Source of the DNA: a virus
Virus record (IMG/VR): IMGVR_UViG_3300025395_000007
Direction: 5' to 3' (one strand)
DNA length: 64,000 nt
The translations under genes were made by a program, and so were the position numbers. This document shows positions 54,791 through 63,275 of the stretch, one piece after another. The number at the start of each line of letters is the position of its first letter. The first letter of the stretch is position 1. A model generated the notes under the pieces. That model was given only the letters and a program-made list of their open reading frames with translations, searched no databases and was not told where the DNA came from.

Positions 54791-54937
54791 TCAACAGGCA
54801 GTGTAGTCATCGCGGCCAAGTAAGCTCTCCACCCGATAGGTGTGTGGCTCTCTTGCTTGGCGTGGTCGGGGAGGTATAAGCCTCATAACCATGGGAACCC
54901 GTGCACTGAAAAGAGGATGCATACTCGTTCCTGTTGA
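54791..54937 (+). ncRNA. Unknown 147-nt multibranch RNA
   Basis: TCAACAGG/CCTGTTGA closing stem; inner CAGTGTA/TGCACTG, GCCAAGTAAG/CTTGCTTGGC, GAGG/CCTC. Confidence 0.6.
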
Positions 54938-54946
54938 TACTAAATT

Positions 54947-55023
54947 GCGGATGTAGTCCAATTGGCAGAGGCGTTGGTCTTAGAAACCAAATGTTGGGGG
55001 TTCAAGTCCCTCCATCCGCACCA
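54947..55023 (+). tRNA. tRNA-Leu(TAG) with short variable loop
   Basis: A73; loop CTTAGAA; variable loop ATGTT; CCA. Confidence 0.87.
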
Positions 55024-55035
55024 AACTAAATATTC

Positions 55036-55110
55036 GCAAGTAGGTCGGCAAGGTGTCGACAAGCTCTCATAAGGCTTCCAAGATTGGTTCGATTCCAATT
55101 ACTTGCACCA
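55036..55110 (+). tRNA. tRNA(CAT), elongator Met or Ile2
   Basis: Loop CTCATAA; paired 1:72; CCA. Confidence 0.8.
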
Positions 55111-55118
55111 AAGCTTGT

Positions 55119-55192
55119 CGCGCGGTAGAGAAACAGTAACTCACGAGTCTCATACGCTCGAGGTCTAGGTGCAATTCCTAGCTGCGCAACCA
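55119..55192 (+). tRNA. Initiator-type tRNA-fMet(CAT)
   Basis: C1:A72 mismatch; loop CTCATAC; T-loop TGCAATT; CCA. Confidence 0.78.
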
Positions 55193-55207
55193 ATCATGGA
55201 GTATATT

Positions 55208-55615
55208 ATGAAAATTGGATTTACCTGTTCAGCGTTTGATCTTTTGCATCCTGGACATCTTGTTATGCTTGAAGAGTGCAAAAATAATTGCGATTATCTG
55301 GTTGTTGGATTACATACTGATCCTACCATTGATCGGCCAGATACAAAACAACGACCTATTCAATCTACATTTGAACGATGGGTTCAACTAGATAGCTGTA
55401 GATGGGTTGATAAGATAATCCCATATGATACCGAACGAGATCTACAGAATCTTTTAGCTACTTTACATATTGATGTTCGTTTTCTTGGTGATGAATATCG
55501 TGGTAAGATTTTTACTGGTGGAGAAATTTGCCAACATCGTGGTATTGAATTGTTTTATAATGCTCCACGATTACATAATTTTAGTTCCACAGAAATGAGG
55601 AATAGACTAAAGTAA
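55208..55615 (+). CDS. Cytidylyltransferase (TagD / glycerol-3-phosphate CT-like)
   Basis: FDLLHPGH (HxGH), LVVGLHTD, terminal FSSTEMR. Confidence 0.88.
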   Translation: MKIGFTCSAFDLLHPGHLVMLEECKNNCDYLVVGLHTDPTIDRPDTKQRPIQSTFERWVQLDSCRWVDKIIPYDTERDLQNLLATLHIDVRFLGDEYRGKIFTGGEICQHRGIELFYNAPRLHNFSSTEMRNRLK

Positions 55616-55619
55616 TAAC

Positions 55620-55709
55620 GGAAGGGTGGCAGAGCGGTTTAATGCGCTGGTCTTGAAAACCTGAGTACGTGAAAGCGTACCGTGAGTTCGAATCTCACCC
55701 CTTCCGCCA
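55620..55709 (+). tRNA. tRNA-Ser(TGA)
   Basis: G73; long variable arm; loop CTTGAAA; CCA. Confidence 0.92.
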
Positions 55710-55757
55710 TAGACTAAATATTAACGGTTGATGATAACCCAAAACGGAGAAAAACTA

Positions 55758-56417
55758 ATGAAGAATATTTTACTCGCAACTGCAGCTGTTCTTGTTGCAA
55801 CTACTGCATATGCTACTGACCTTCCAAAAAAGAAAAAGGCTCCTGCTGCGCCTGCAGTAGCTACTGTATCTGCTCCAGCTGCTGTCTTAGCCGCTGCAAG
55901 CGTTGATAGCTTGACTGTTGCTTATGGTCAGGATACTGCTAAAGGTGATCTTGGTTCCAAGACTGACGACATCTATCAGCTTACATATTCGCACAAGCTA
56001 GGTAATGGCTTCAGCGTTGGTGGTATGGCTCAAACTACTCAGGTTCCTGATTCCCAGTTGAACCAGAACCTTGAAGCTCAGGTTGGCTATGCTCTTCCTG
56101 CATTCTCTGGCGTTACTGTTTCTGGTAAGGTTGGTGTTGGCGAGAAGTTCACAACTACTAACTTCGGTTACTACGCTCTTTATGGTGCAGCTGACTATAA
56201 AGTTACTGATAGCCTAACTTTGAATGCAGTTTCCTATCGTTACCGTTCAGCTTTTGATACAGACGCTAATGGTTACCAGAGCCATCAAATTGGTACTGGT
56301 GTAACTTATGCTGTTGCTAAAAATTATGACGTAAGTGCGAAGGTATATCGCAATTATGATAAGGACTTTGATGCAACTGGCGACCAGTTCATGGTTGGCG
56401 TAACTGCTAAGTTCTAA
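55758..56417 (+). CDS. Outer-membrane beta-barrel protein (porin-like)
   Basis: Signal peptide MKNILLATAAVLVATTAYA, mature start TDLPKKKKAP, amphipathic strands, C-terminal Phe. Confidence 0.8.
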   Translation: MKNILLATAAVLVATTAYATDLPKKKKAPAAPAVATVSAPAAVLAAASVDSLTVAYGQDTAKGDLGSKTDDIYQLTYSHKLGNGFSVGGMAQTTQVPDSQLNQNLEAQVGYALPAFSGVTVSGKVGVGEKFTTTNFGYYALYGAADYKVTDSLTLNAVSYRYRSAFDTDANGYQSHQIGTGVTYAVAKNYDVSAKVYRNYDKDFDATGDQFMVGVTAKF

Positions 56418-56424
56418 TAAATAA

Positions 56425-56514
56425 GGAGAGTTGGCCGAGAGGCTTATGGCACACGTTTGCTAAATGTGCGAACTGGAAACAGTTCCGAGAGTTCGAATCT
56501 CTCACTCTCCGCCA
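56425..56514 (+). tRNA. tRNA-Ser(GCT)
   Basis: G73; long variable arm; loop TTGCTAA; CCA. Confidence 0.92.
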
Positions 56515-56522
56515 ACTTTTGC

Positions 56523-56596
56523 GTCAGTTAAGTGTTACGGTAGCACGGCGGTCTCCAAAACCGCAGGCTAGGGTTCGACTCCCTAAACTGGTGCCA
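56523..56596 (+). tRNA. tRNA-Trp(CCA)
   Basis: G73; loop CTCCAAA; CCA. Confidence 0.87.
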
Positions 56597-56613
56597 TTTT
56601 ATAAAGGTAAATC

Positions 56614-56814
56614 ATGGAAGAGTTTAAACAATTTATCGGAAAGAATTATTCCGATGTAAATAACCAAATTACTGATCTTGCTGCAGCACACGGTTGGCAA
56701 GCTGTTCCTTGGCCAGTTAATGTTGGTATGGTAGCTCTCGATGAAACAACGTTGATTGTTGAAATTGAAAGCGACATTAACGATATTATCGTAAATATTA
56801 AAAGAGATATCTAA
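56614..56814 (+). CDS. Hypothetical protein
   Basis: AAGGT RBS; fills the inter-tRNA gap. Confidence 0.6.
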   Translation: MEEFKQFIGKNYSDVNNQITDLAAAHGWQAVPWPVNVGMVALDETTLIVEIESDINDIIVNIKRDI

Positions 56815-56822
56815 TATTTCTC

Positions 56823-56898
56823 GGGAGATTAGCTCAGTTGGTAGAGCGTCTGTTTTACACGCAGAATGTCGGCGGTTCGAGTCCGTCATCTCCCACCA
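56823..56898 (+). tRNA. tRNA-Val(TAC)
   Basis: Loop TTTACAC; CCA. Confidence 0.94.
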
Positions 56899-56903
56899 TT
56901 AAT

Positions 56904-56977
56904 GCGAGTATGATGTAGAGGTAACCTGCTTCGTTGCCAACGAAGATTCGCCAGTTCAATTCTGGCTACTCGCTCCA
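56904..56977 (+). tRNA. tRNA-Gly(GCC)
   Basis: U73; loop TTGCCAA; CCA. Confidence 0.87.
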
Positions 56978-56981
56978 ATTT

Positions 56982-57057
56982 GGGGTCTTAGCTCATCTGG
57001 GAGAGCGACTGCCTTGCACGCAGTAGGTGATCGGTTCGAGTCCGATAGATTCCACCA
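56982..57057 (+). tRNA. tRNA-Ala(TGC)
   Basis: G3:U70; loop CTTGCAC; CCA. Confidence 0.94.
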
Positions 57058-57063
57058 ATAATG

Positions 57064-57089
57064 AAAAAGCTCCCGCGGGAGCTTTTTTT
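57064..57089. terminator. Bidirectional intrinsic terminator at the strand switch
   Basis: AAAAAGCTCCCGCGGGAGCTTTTTT between convergent units. Confidence 0.88.
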
Positions 57090-57097
57090 ATGTCTAA

Positions 57098-57625
57098 TTA
57101 TTTTTTATTATTGTTAACTGGTATTGTAAAATGAGAAAACATTCCAGGAAGAAGATCTTCTTTTTCTTTTTTGGTATTTGCTTTACCACCATATCTTTTT
57201 GTTATAGCTCCGTAAGCCTTTTCTCTACCTTTATCTGATTTGTCAGATGAGAAATCAAAACTTTTTATTGGAGTACCTTCTTCTTCCATTTTATTTTTAT
57301 GCGCCTGTAGTATATTGCCAACTGTAGATAATACGCGTACAGAGTTATGGCCAAAGTCATTGGTCATATTATATGGATTTTTGTTATCGTCGGAATTTGA
57401 TCTTTGTTTAAAATAAACAGATGGATGTTCTTCATCACCTGCTTGATGCATAATATTAACTTGCATCATTTTTAAATTACCATCTTTATCATGGGCATTG
57501 AACCCATATGTATGTTCTGTATCTTGAGGATCATCAGTCTGATGCTCTTCTTCGTTACTACCTAGATACAGATGCGGATATGGCGAATTAAATATTTCGG
57601 CTATGTAGGATTTAAAGCGTTTCAT
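57098..57625 (-). CDS. Putative internal head protein
   Basis: N-terminal MKRFKSYIAE resembles the T4 capsid-targeting sequence MKTYQEFIAE; late-promoter-like GATAAATA at 57649..57656. Confidence 0.6.
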   Translation of the reverse strand: MKRFKSYIAEIFNSPYPHLYLGSNEEEHQTDDPQDTEHTYGFNAHDKDGNLKMMQVNIMHQAGDEEHPSVYFKQRSNSDDNKNPYNMTNDFGHNSVRVLSTVGNILQAHKNKMEEEGTPIKSFDFSSDKSDKGREKAYGAITKRYGGKANTKKEKEDLLPGMFSHFTIPVNNNKK

Positions 57626-57651
57626 ATAGACCTCAAGGTTATTTTATCTAT

Positions 57652-58320
57652 TTATCCTCTAAAGATCTCTAACACCTTATCAATATAAAAAGCACGATCT
57701 TTGATGAAAATCTGAGGCGTGCTTTCATCATCTACGGCTATCATAATAACAATTTTAGGAACTGATAAGTTATATGTCCATTCAAACATCATAGAGTAAA
57801 CAGTAGCTTGCAAAAAGTAATTCTCGATATGACTTTCGTCTTTTAATCTTTTAGATGTCTTAAAGTCAATAATAGACAATACACCATCATACTCTGCTAC
57901 AAGGTCTGTTCGACCTGCACACTTGAGAACTTTAGAAGCCAGTGGTGTTTCAATACCTAAAATGGTTCCAATATGTTTATCTAAAACAGGTTGAAACTTC
58001 TGAAACGTCTCTATATTAATTGGCATTTCTTTTTGAAAGAAAGGTGTCATATCCTCATTGAGAAGATACTTCTCAGCCATATTATGTACAGAGGTACCTC
58101 TACGTGCAGCTTGAGTGGAGACACGATTGGCTTCTTCATCGCCAACACGTTTTCTCCACTCAAGTAATGCAGACTTATCTGTTTTTTCACCTAGAATAGT
58201 TGTTACTGATTTTAACTTAGTAACGCCATCTTCTAAAACATAATGTCTTTGTCCATCAATTGTTTCAGTAGTAAGATCTACAACTGGTACAAACTGATGT
58301 TTAAATATTCTACGCGACAA
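57652..58320 (-). CDS. PD-(D/E)XK exonuclease
   Basis: SVTTIL, RGTSVH, AGRTD...IIDFKTS, Y.LQ...Y. Confidence 0.88.
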   Translation of the reverse strand: MSRRIFKHQFVPVVDLTTETIDGQRHYVLEDGVTKLKSVTTILGEKTDKSALLEWRKRVGDEEANRVSTQAARRGTSVHNMAEKYLLNEDMTPFFQKEMPINIETFQKFQPVLDKHIGTILGIETPLASKVLKCAGRTDLVAEYDGVLSIIDFKTSKRLKDESHIENYFLQATVYSMMFEWTYNLSVPKIVIMIAVDDESTPQIFIKDRAFYIDKVLEIFRG

Positions 58321-59053
58321 TCTTCAACCTATCTTTCTGAATAATATAATCTTTCACCATAGAACTTCTAACAATATCATTTTCATCGAAGTCAATAAAA
58401 GTAAACGACTTCATTCTTTGAATAATTTTTATGAAATCTTTTAGACCATTTTTGTCACGCTCAAAGGTAAAGTCAGACTGTCTAAAATCTCCAGAGAAAA
58501 TAATACGGCAATTTTTACCAACACGTGTAATAACAGAATCAAGTTCATGTAATGTCATGTTAGCAATTTCATCAACAATAATGATACAATCATTAAGAGT
58601 AACACCACGAATAAAAGAAGTAGAAATAAAATCTACAACTCCCTTTTGTTTGAGGTATTCATAAGAATCGCCTCTACCAAAAAGTTCTGAACAAATTGCA
58701 TAATATGGAGCTTCGTAAACTTTAGTTTTCTCTTTTGTATTGCCTGGAAGAAATCCCATTTCTCTAGTAGGAACTACGCTTCTAACGATAATAATTTTTT
58801 TATAATTAGTTTCTTGCGTAAGAACTTGTTCAAGAGCGAGATAAAGAGAGATAAAGCTTTTACCAGTACCAGCAATACCATGAAGCATTAAATTTTTACC
58901 ACTATTATATGCTTCAAAAGAAAGTTTTTGATTCTGTGTTAATGGATCTATATTCTTTAGTTTAAAATTTAATTTCTCTTGATTTATTTCTTTCTGACCG
59001 TTTTGACGAAGGATTCTTTTTTCTTTTCTTGTTAACCTTTGATTCGTTTCCAT
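58310..59053 (-). CDS. phoH: PhoH-like ATPase
   Basis: GIAGTGKS, GFLPG, FIRG.T, VDE, TRVG, GD..QSD, IVRS. Confidence 0.93.
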   Translation of the reverse strand: METNQRLTRKEKRILRQNGQKEINQEKLNFKLKNIDPLTQNQKLSFEAYNSGKNLMLHGIAGTGKSFISLYLALEQVLTQETNYKKIIIVRSVVPTREMGFLPGNTKEKTKVYEAPYYAICSELFGRGDSYEYLKQKGVVDFISTSFIRGVTLNDCIIIVDEIANMTLHELDSVITRVGKNCRIIFSGDFRQSDFTFERDKNGLKDFIKIIQRMKSFTFIDFDENDIVRSSMVKDYIIQKDRLKIVA

Positions 59054-59064
59054 AATGGTCCTTA

Positions 59065-59307
59065 TTAAAATGTATTGACGGTACTCCTTGAAATACCTTT
59101 GCTATGTTCCTTCTTAATATTTTTTAACAGATCTCGGAAACCATTGTCTGGTTTACCCATACCTCTGCCAGAAGAAATTAAAGGAGCGCCGTTTACTAAT
59201 TGAGTTATGTTTTTATTTTCATTTAGATATACATCTAGAGCCGAGATACTCATAAAGTCCTCGAACTCCTCGCCAGTTTCATTATTTACAAACCTATACG
59301 TTGGCAT
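59065..59307 (-). CDS. Small FmdB-like hypothetical protein lacking the zinc Cys residues
   Basis: MPTY.F....TGEEFE.FMS. Confidence 0.6.
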   Translation of the reverse strand: MPTYRFVNNETGEEFEDFMSISALDVYLNENKNITQLVNGAPLISSGRGMGKPDNGFRDLLKNIKKEHSKGISRSTVNTF

Positions 59308-59537
59308 TATTTCCATTCCACTTTCATGTATTCTAGATTATCTTCTACATCTTCTTCATAATCTATAGGGTCAATTCCCTCATTATCTATCTCGATCAAT
59401 ATGTCTATGTTCTTAGTTTTCAAAGCCTGATTTACTCTTTTTTTTCTTTTCTTTTCGAGATAGTTAGATGAGGAAGAATATTCCTCCTCATCTTCATAGT
59501 CATATCTTTTATACTTATTAAGCGCTGACTTGCCCAT
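59307..59537 (-). CDS. Hypothetical charged protein
   Basis: Coupled ORF. Confidence 0.55.
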   Translation of the reverse strand: MGKSALNKYKRYDYEDEEEYSSSSNYLEKKRKKRVNQALKTKNIDILIEIDNEGIDPIDYEEDVEDNLEYMKVEWK

Positions 59538-59943
59538 TGATCAATCCTGGAAGTGCCTCTACTACGTGTTGAAGGGTGATGCCTTTAATAGGCTTCTTGT
59601 CTTTAATTTCGCTCAGCATCGCTGCATCGGCAGGTGCACAACGCTCAAGAAACTCAACAAACATTGTTTCTCTTTTAAGTTGCGCAAGCTCATCATGAAA
59701 ACCTTTAATAAAGTATCTGAGTTTTTGACAATCTCTGATAAGAACATTTTCCTGATCGAATAAGTCATTTGGTTTATATGGTGGTACGCCTGGAGGCAAC
59801 AACCATACGACTCCTGGATCATAAGCACCCTGAAGGATAATACGTAATGGCAAACTATCATTAAACCTAAGAGCTTCAATTTTCTCTTGAGTCTTTTTCA
59901 TTTTGCCAACTTTTTCTAAAAATTCTGCTATTCCAATTTGCAT
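59518..59943 (-). CDS. Conserved T4-like hypothetical protein
   Basis: W.LPPG.PPYKP, KRE.MF..FLE; next to rnh. Confidence 0.7.
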   Translation of the reverse strand: MQIGIAEFLEKVGKMKKTQEKIEALRFNDSLPLRIILQGAYDPGVVWLLPPGVPPYKPNDLFDQENVLIRDCQKLRYFIKGFHDELAQLKRETMFVEFLERCAPADAAMLSEIKDKKPIKGITLQHVVEALPGLINGQVSA

Positions 59944-60798
59944 TTAAAACTCCGCGATGTTTTCCATAAGATTTTTCAATCTGTTTGCGATAAAGTAATT
60001 CATAAGTTTTGAACGATCCCGTCCAGCTTGAGCATTATATTGTTCCATAACTTTACTACGAATTTCCTTCGGTGTAAAGCTCAGGTCAATCAATTGTGCA
60101 TTACGTTGATAATTTCTAGCAACAACACTATCATACTGTGAAATATCTAGATGCATAAGATTATCCATCTTTTTGGTAGTCAATGGCTTCTGTCGGTCAC
60201 CAACCACAAAGCAATTATCATTTGAGAGAATATTAGGTACGCCATCTCCTGCATCGCCTTTCATAATATGTTCTTTGAGAAATTTATTTGGATCATCATG
60301 CTTAACCCATTTTTTACGAGTAGGATCATACTGTGATACATTTGAATATGTATGAAGCTGAATGAAATCTTTATCGCCTGATAAGATCAATATTGGAGCA
60401 CCACCAATTTCGGCTCCAAATTCTTTCACGAGAGTGCCGATAATATCATCGGCCTCTGCTGATTCAACATCAATAACTCTGTAGGGGAAATATTCTTTAA
60501 GTTCCGAACGAATCTTATTCATGCATTCAAAGATAGATTTCCAATCCATCTCAGATGCTTCTTGATTCTTTTTACGGTTTGCCTTATAATAAGGGAATGC
60601 CTGTTTACGCCAGTAATTGGTGTTATCACAAGCAATGACCAGCTCGCCATACTCGCTAGTAAATTTAGTTTTATAAGAACGCAAGGAGTTCAAGATCATA
60701 TGGCGAACCATATTCTCTTCAAGCTGGGCATTGGTATGGTTTCCTAATTGCATTAGCAGATTAGACAACATAACCTGATTCAAGTCAACAATAATCAC
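59944..60798 (-). CDS. rnh: T4-type RNase H / 5'-3' exonuclease
   Basis: YWRK..FPYYKANR, EADDII, SGDKDF.QL, GD.GDGVPN. Confidence 0.94.
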   Translation of the reverse strand: MIIVDLNQVMLSNLLMQLGNHTNAQLEENMVRHMILNSLRSYKTKFTSEYGELVIACDNTNYWRKQAFPYYKANRKKNQEASEMDWKSIFECMNKIRSELKEYFPYRVIDVESAEADDIIGTLVKEFGAEIGGAPILILSGDKDFIQLHTYSNVSQYDPTRKKWVKHDDPNKFLKEHIMKGDAGDGVPNILSNDNCFVVGDRQKPLTTKKMDNLMHLDISQYDSVVARNYQRNAQLIDLSFTPKEIRSKVMEQYNAQAGRDRSKLMNYFIANRLKNLMENIAEF

Positions 60799-60805
60799 AA
60801 TTCAC

Positions 60806-61219
60806 CTATTCTTCTATATTTTCACTTCTTTTTAGATCGATAGTAAGTTCATCAACAATTTTTAATGCATCTGGATCTTCTTCATCTTCAACAAAAACTT
60901 CTTGCGATATTCTTTGGAAAGGATGGTATATTCCATAGTATTTACACATCGCAGATCGTAAGGATTCAATAATAAAAGCACCATCTTTAATATCTAACAA
61001 TTCATCTTCTTGAATTTCTTCATCACCAACCATAGAAAATCCAGCAATGTCTAATTGATTGAATATCATTGGCGCGATACTAGCTATCGTTTCCTGAATA
61101 TGATAATGCTTAATCAATTCAACGTTACGATCGATTTCCTCGAACGTAGAGTATTTAGGTTCTTTCACACTTTTTTTAGGAAAGATGATAACATTGTTGC
61201 TTCCTATTATATCATTCAT
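60806..61219 (-). CDS. Hypothetical protein
   Basis: NVIIFP N-terminal motif, HPFQ. Confidence 0.65.
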   Translation of the reverse strand: MNDIIGSNNVIIFPKKSVKEPKYSTFEEIDRNVELIKHYHIQETIASIAPMIFNQLDIAGFSMVGDEEIQEDELLDIKDGAFIIESLRSAMCKYYGIYHPFQRISQEVFVEDEEDPDALKIVDELTIDLKRSENIEE

Positions 61220-61248
61220 AGTATACCTTATTTTTATAGGAAAGTCAA
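61220..61248 (-). promoter_or_regulatory. Sigma70-type promoter
   Basis: Minus strand TTGACT-17-TATACT. Confidence 0.65.
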
Positions 61249-61266
61249 TCCTTATTTTTATTTATA

Positions 61267-62256
61267 TCATGACGTTCTGTAGACAAATTTAGCCTTTGGA
61301 AATTCACGTGGAACATCCTTCAAACTAGTCAGCAAAGCTTCCCATTGATGGATTCTGCTATTCCAATTATAGAACACATCAGCATAAGCCTTTTGTACAT
61401 TTATCTTTTTAAAGTATTCTTCGTCTGAAAGAGTGTTCAACTCTTCAATTGAATTTTTAAGAACGGTGTAAAAGATATTTGCATGATCTGCTAAATCTTC
61501 GCTATACTGGTACATGTGAGTCCAATTAGCAGAAGTTTCTGGAAGAGCGCCATAGTTAGGATGAACGCAAACAACACCTGCACTCATTGCTTCCATAAGA
61601 GAGATACAGCTGGTTTCTTCCCAGATATTAGGATAAGAATAGATATGAGCCTTCTTTAAAACTTCATGGATTTCTTCGTTTGATACAGCGCCATGATAAT
61701 TAATACCAGGAGTGTTGTTACAAGCGTCAAACAACTTTTGGAAAGGTTCATCTCTCTGATCCCATCCATAAACTTTGAACGAAGAATAAACATCAAGTTC
61801 AATGTTATCGTATGTTTCTTTTAGCTTCTGGAAAACTGGAACAAGAATTTGCAAACCACGGTGTGGAGTTGTATGATAAACCAACTTGATAACATCACGC
61901 TTTTTATCTTCAACAGTGAAGTTAATCGGTTCGATGCAATTATGAAGAACAATACACTTATTCCATGGAATTTGATACCTATCGATATAGGCTTTCATTT
62001 GATAATGAGAAGAGAATACCAACTTATGGAACTTTTCCCATCCGCGATTTCTTAGGTGTTCTGATTCTGGGTCACCTGCTAAATCTTGTAACCAAAGGAT
62101 ACGTACATGATTTTCAGAAAGTTCTTCATGAACACGTGATACAAATATTTGAAAATTATCAAACAGTGCAGGGTCTAAACGCTTTTCAAGCGCATATTTC
62201 ATTAATTCTGTGCCACCTTTGGCGTTACCAGAAAGTTTATCTTTTGCGAAAGGCAT
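61267..62256 (-). CDS. GT-B (GT4-like) glycosyltransferase
   Basis: GGTE, PHRGL, YP..WEETSCISLMEAMSAG...GALPET (Ex7E). Confidence 0.88.
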   Translation of the reverse strand: MPFAKDKLSGNAKGGTELMKYALEKRLDPALFDNFQIFVSRVHEELSENHVRILWLQDLAGDPESEHLRNRGWEKFHKLVFSSHYQMKAYIDRYQIPWNKCIVLHNCIEPINFTVEDKKRDVIKLVYHTTPHRGLQILVPVFQKLKETYDNIELDVYSSFKVYGWDQRDEPFQKLFDACNNTPGINYHGAVSNEEIHEVLKKAHIYSYPNIWEETSCISLMEAMSAGVVCVHPNYGALPETSANWTHMYQYSEDLADHANIFYTVLKNSIEELNTLSDEEYFKKINVQKAYADVFYNWNSRIHQWEALLTSLKDVPREFPKAKFVYRTS

Positions 62257-62265
62257 TATATGCTC

Positions 62266-63273
62266 CTATTTCAACCAAATTCTATTTTCATTATACCAGT
62301 TAGAAACCTTTTCGATTCTCTGTTCAATAGGCATCGAAGGTTGCCATCCTAAACCACGTAGATAATCGCCTGAAATAGCGTAACTAAAATCATGTCCTGG
62401 ACGTTCAACATTAGGGTCAACTAATTGATAATCAAGTTCAACTTTTAAACTTAAAGCTAACATCCCTGCAATTTGAAGGTTATTCCATTCAATATCAGAT
62501 GCGATGTTAAACTTCGGGCAGGATCCTCCCATACTATTAATAGCAATTTCTTTTAAATTCAAAATGAATAAAAGAGCAGAGGCTACATCCTTAGCATGGA
62601 GATAACAACGGCTACCAATCTTGTTGGTTTTGCTATCATAGTGGATAATTAATTGTTCTTTATTGACAATTTTCTTGAGACACATAGGAATGTATTTTTC
62701 GGGATTCTGACGTTCGCCGTAGACATTCATTGTATGCGTAATGTATATAGGCAGTTTGTAAGTGTTCTGATATGCTACGCACATAGCCTCACCAGCCGCT
62801 TTAGAAGCCGAGTAAGGGTTGGTAGGATTAAATCTATCATATTCAGAGAAACTATATCCAGGAACTGCTGGGCCAAATACTTCATCCGTAGAGAAGTATA
62901 CAAAACGATTGAGGTTATCTAAAGTTCTGGCATATTCCAATAGATTGACAGTGGCAACTACGTTGTTCTCAACAAATTCCATGGGAAACTTGATAGAGCG
63001 TGTGACATGAGATGCAGCTGCTACATGTAGGATAATATCAATTGGTCCGATAGTATCGGCGATTTGCGGGCTAATAGCTGCCCGAAGATCATGATGAACA
63101 ACTCTAACACGTGACTTGTCGGCCCGACCGCCGACAACCTCTTCAATTCTGTTGAGGTTACCAGAGAAATCGAGCCGATCCAAGCTGACGATATTATAGT
63201 CTGTATTATCAAGAAAATACTCAATAATATGGTGGCCGATAAATCCCGCGCCACCCGTCAATAATACATTCAT
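62266..63273 (-). CDS. NDP-sugar 4,6-dehydratase (RmlB-like)
   Basis: TGGAGFIG, AA.SHV, STDEV, PYSASKA, RPGHD. Confidence 0.92.
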   Translation of the reverse strand: MNVLLTGGAGFIGHHIIEYFLDNTDYNIVSLDRLDFSGNLNRIEEVVGGRADKSRVRVVHHDLRAAISPQIADTIGPIDIILHVAAASHVTRSIKFPMEFVENNVVATVNLLEYARTLDNLNRFVYFSTDEVFGPAVPGYSFSEYDRFNPTNPYSASKAAGEAMCVAYQNTYKLPIYITHTMNVYGERQNPEKYIPMCLKKIVNKEQLIIHYDSKTNKIGSRCYLHAKDVASALLFILNLKEIAINSMGGSCPKFNIASDIEWNNLQIAGMLALSLKVELDYQLVDPNVERPGHDFSYAISGDYLRGLGWQPSMPIEQRIEKVSNWYNENRIWLK

Positions 63274-63275
63274 TT

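Noticed and set aside
54947-55709. tRNAs with anticodons TAG and TGA as stop suppressors, implying genetic-code reassignment
   Set aside because: These anticodons read CUA (Leu) and UCA (Ser); suppressors would need CTA or TCA. Core genes are intact in the standard code and TAG/TGA are used as stops.
50211-56889. Track ORFs overlapping tRNAs or ncRNAs (e.g. 50211..50483, 50689..50874, 52189..52502, 53062..53295, 53746..54084, 54316..54513, 56599..56889)
   Set aside because: They are shadows of GC-richer RNA genes, with no RBS or protein motifs.
50160-57060. tmRNA, RNase P RNA, SRP RNA or HDV-like (theta) ribozymes among the spacers
   Set aside because: I could not find their diagnostic motifs by eye; a covariance-model search is needed to exclude them formally.
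57652-58320. Cas4 / CRISPR-associated gene
   Set aside because: It lacks the Fe-S cysteine cluster and no array or other cas genes are present; it is an ordinary phage PD-(D/E)XK nuclease.
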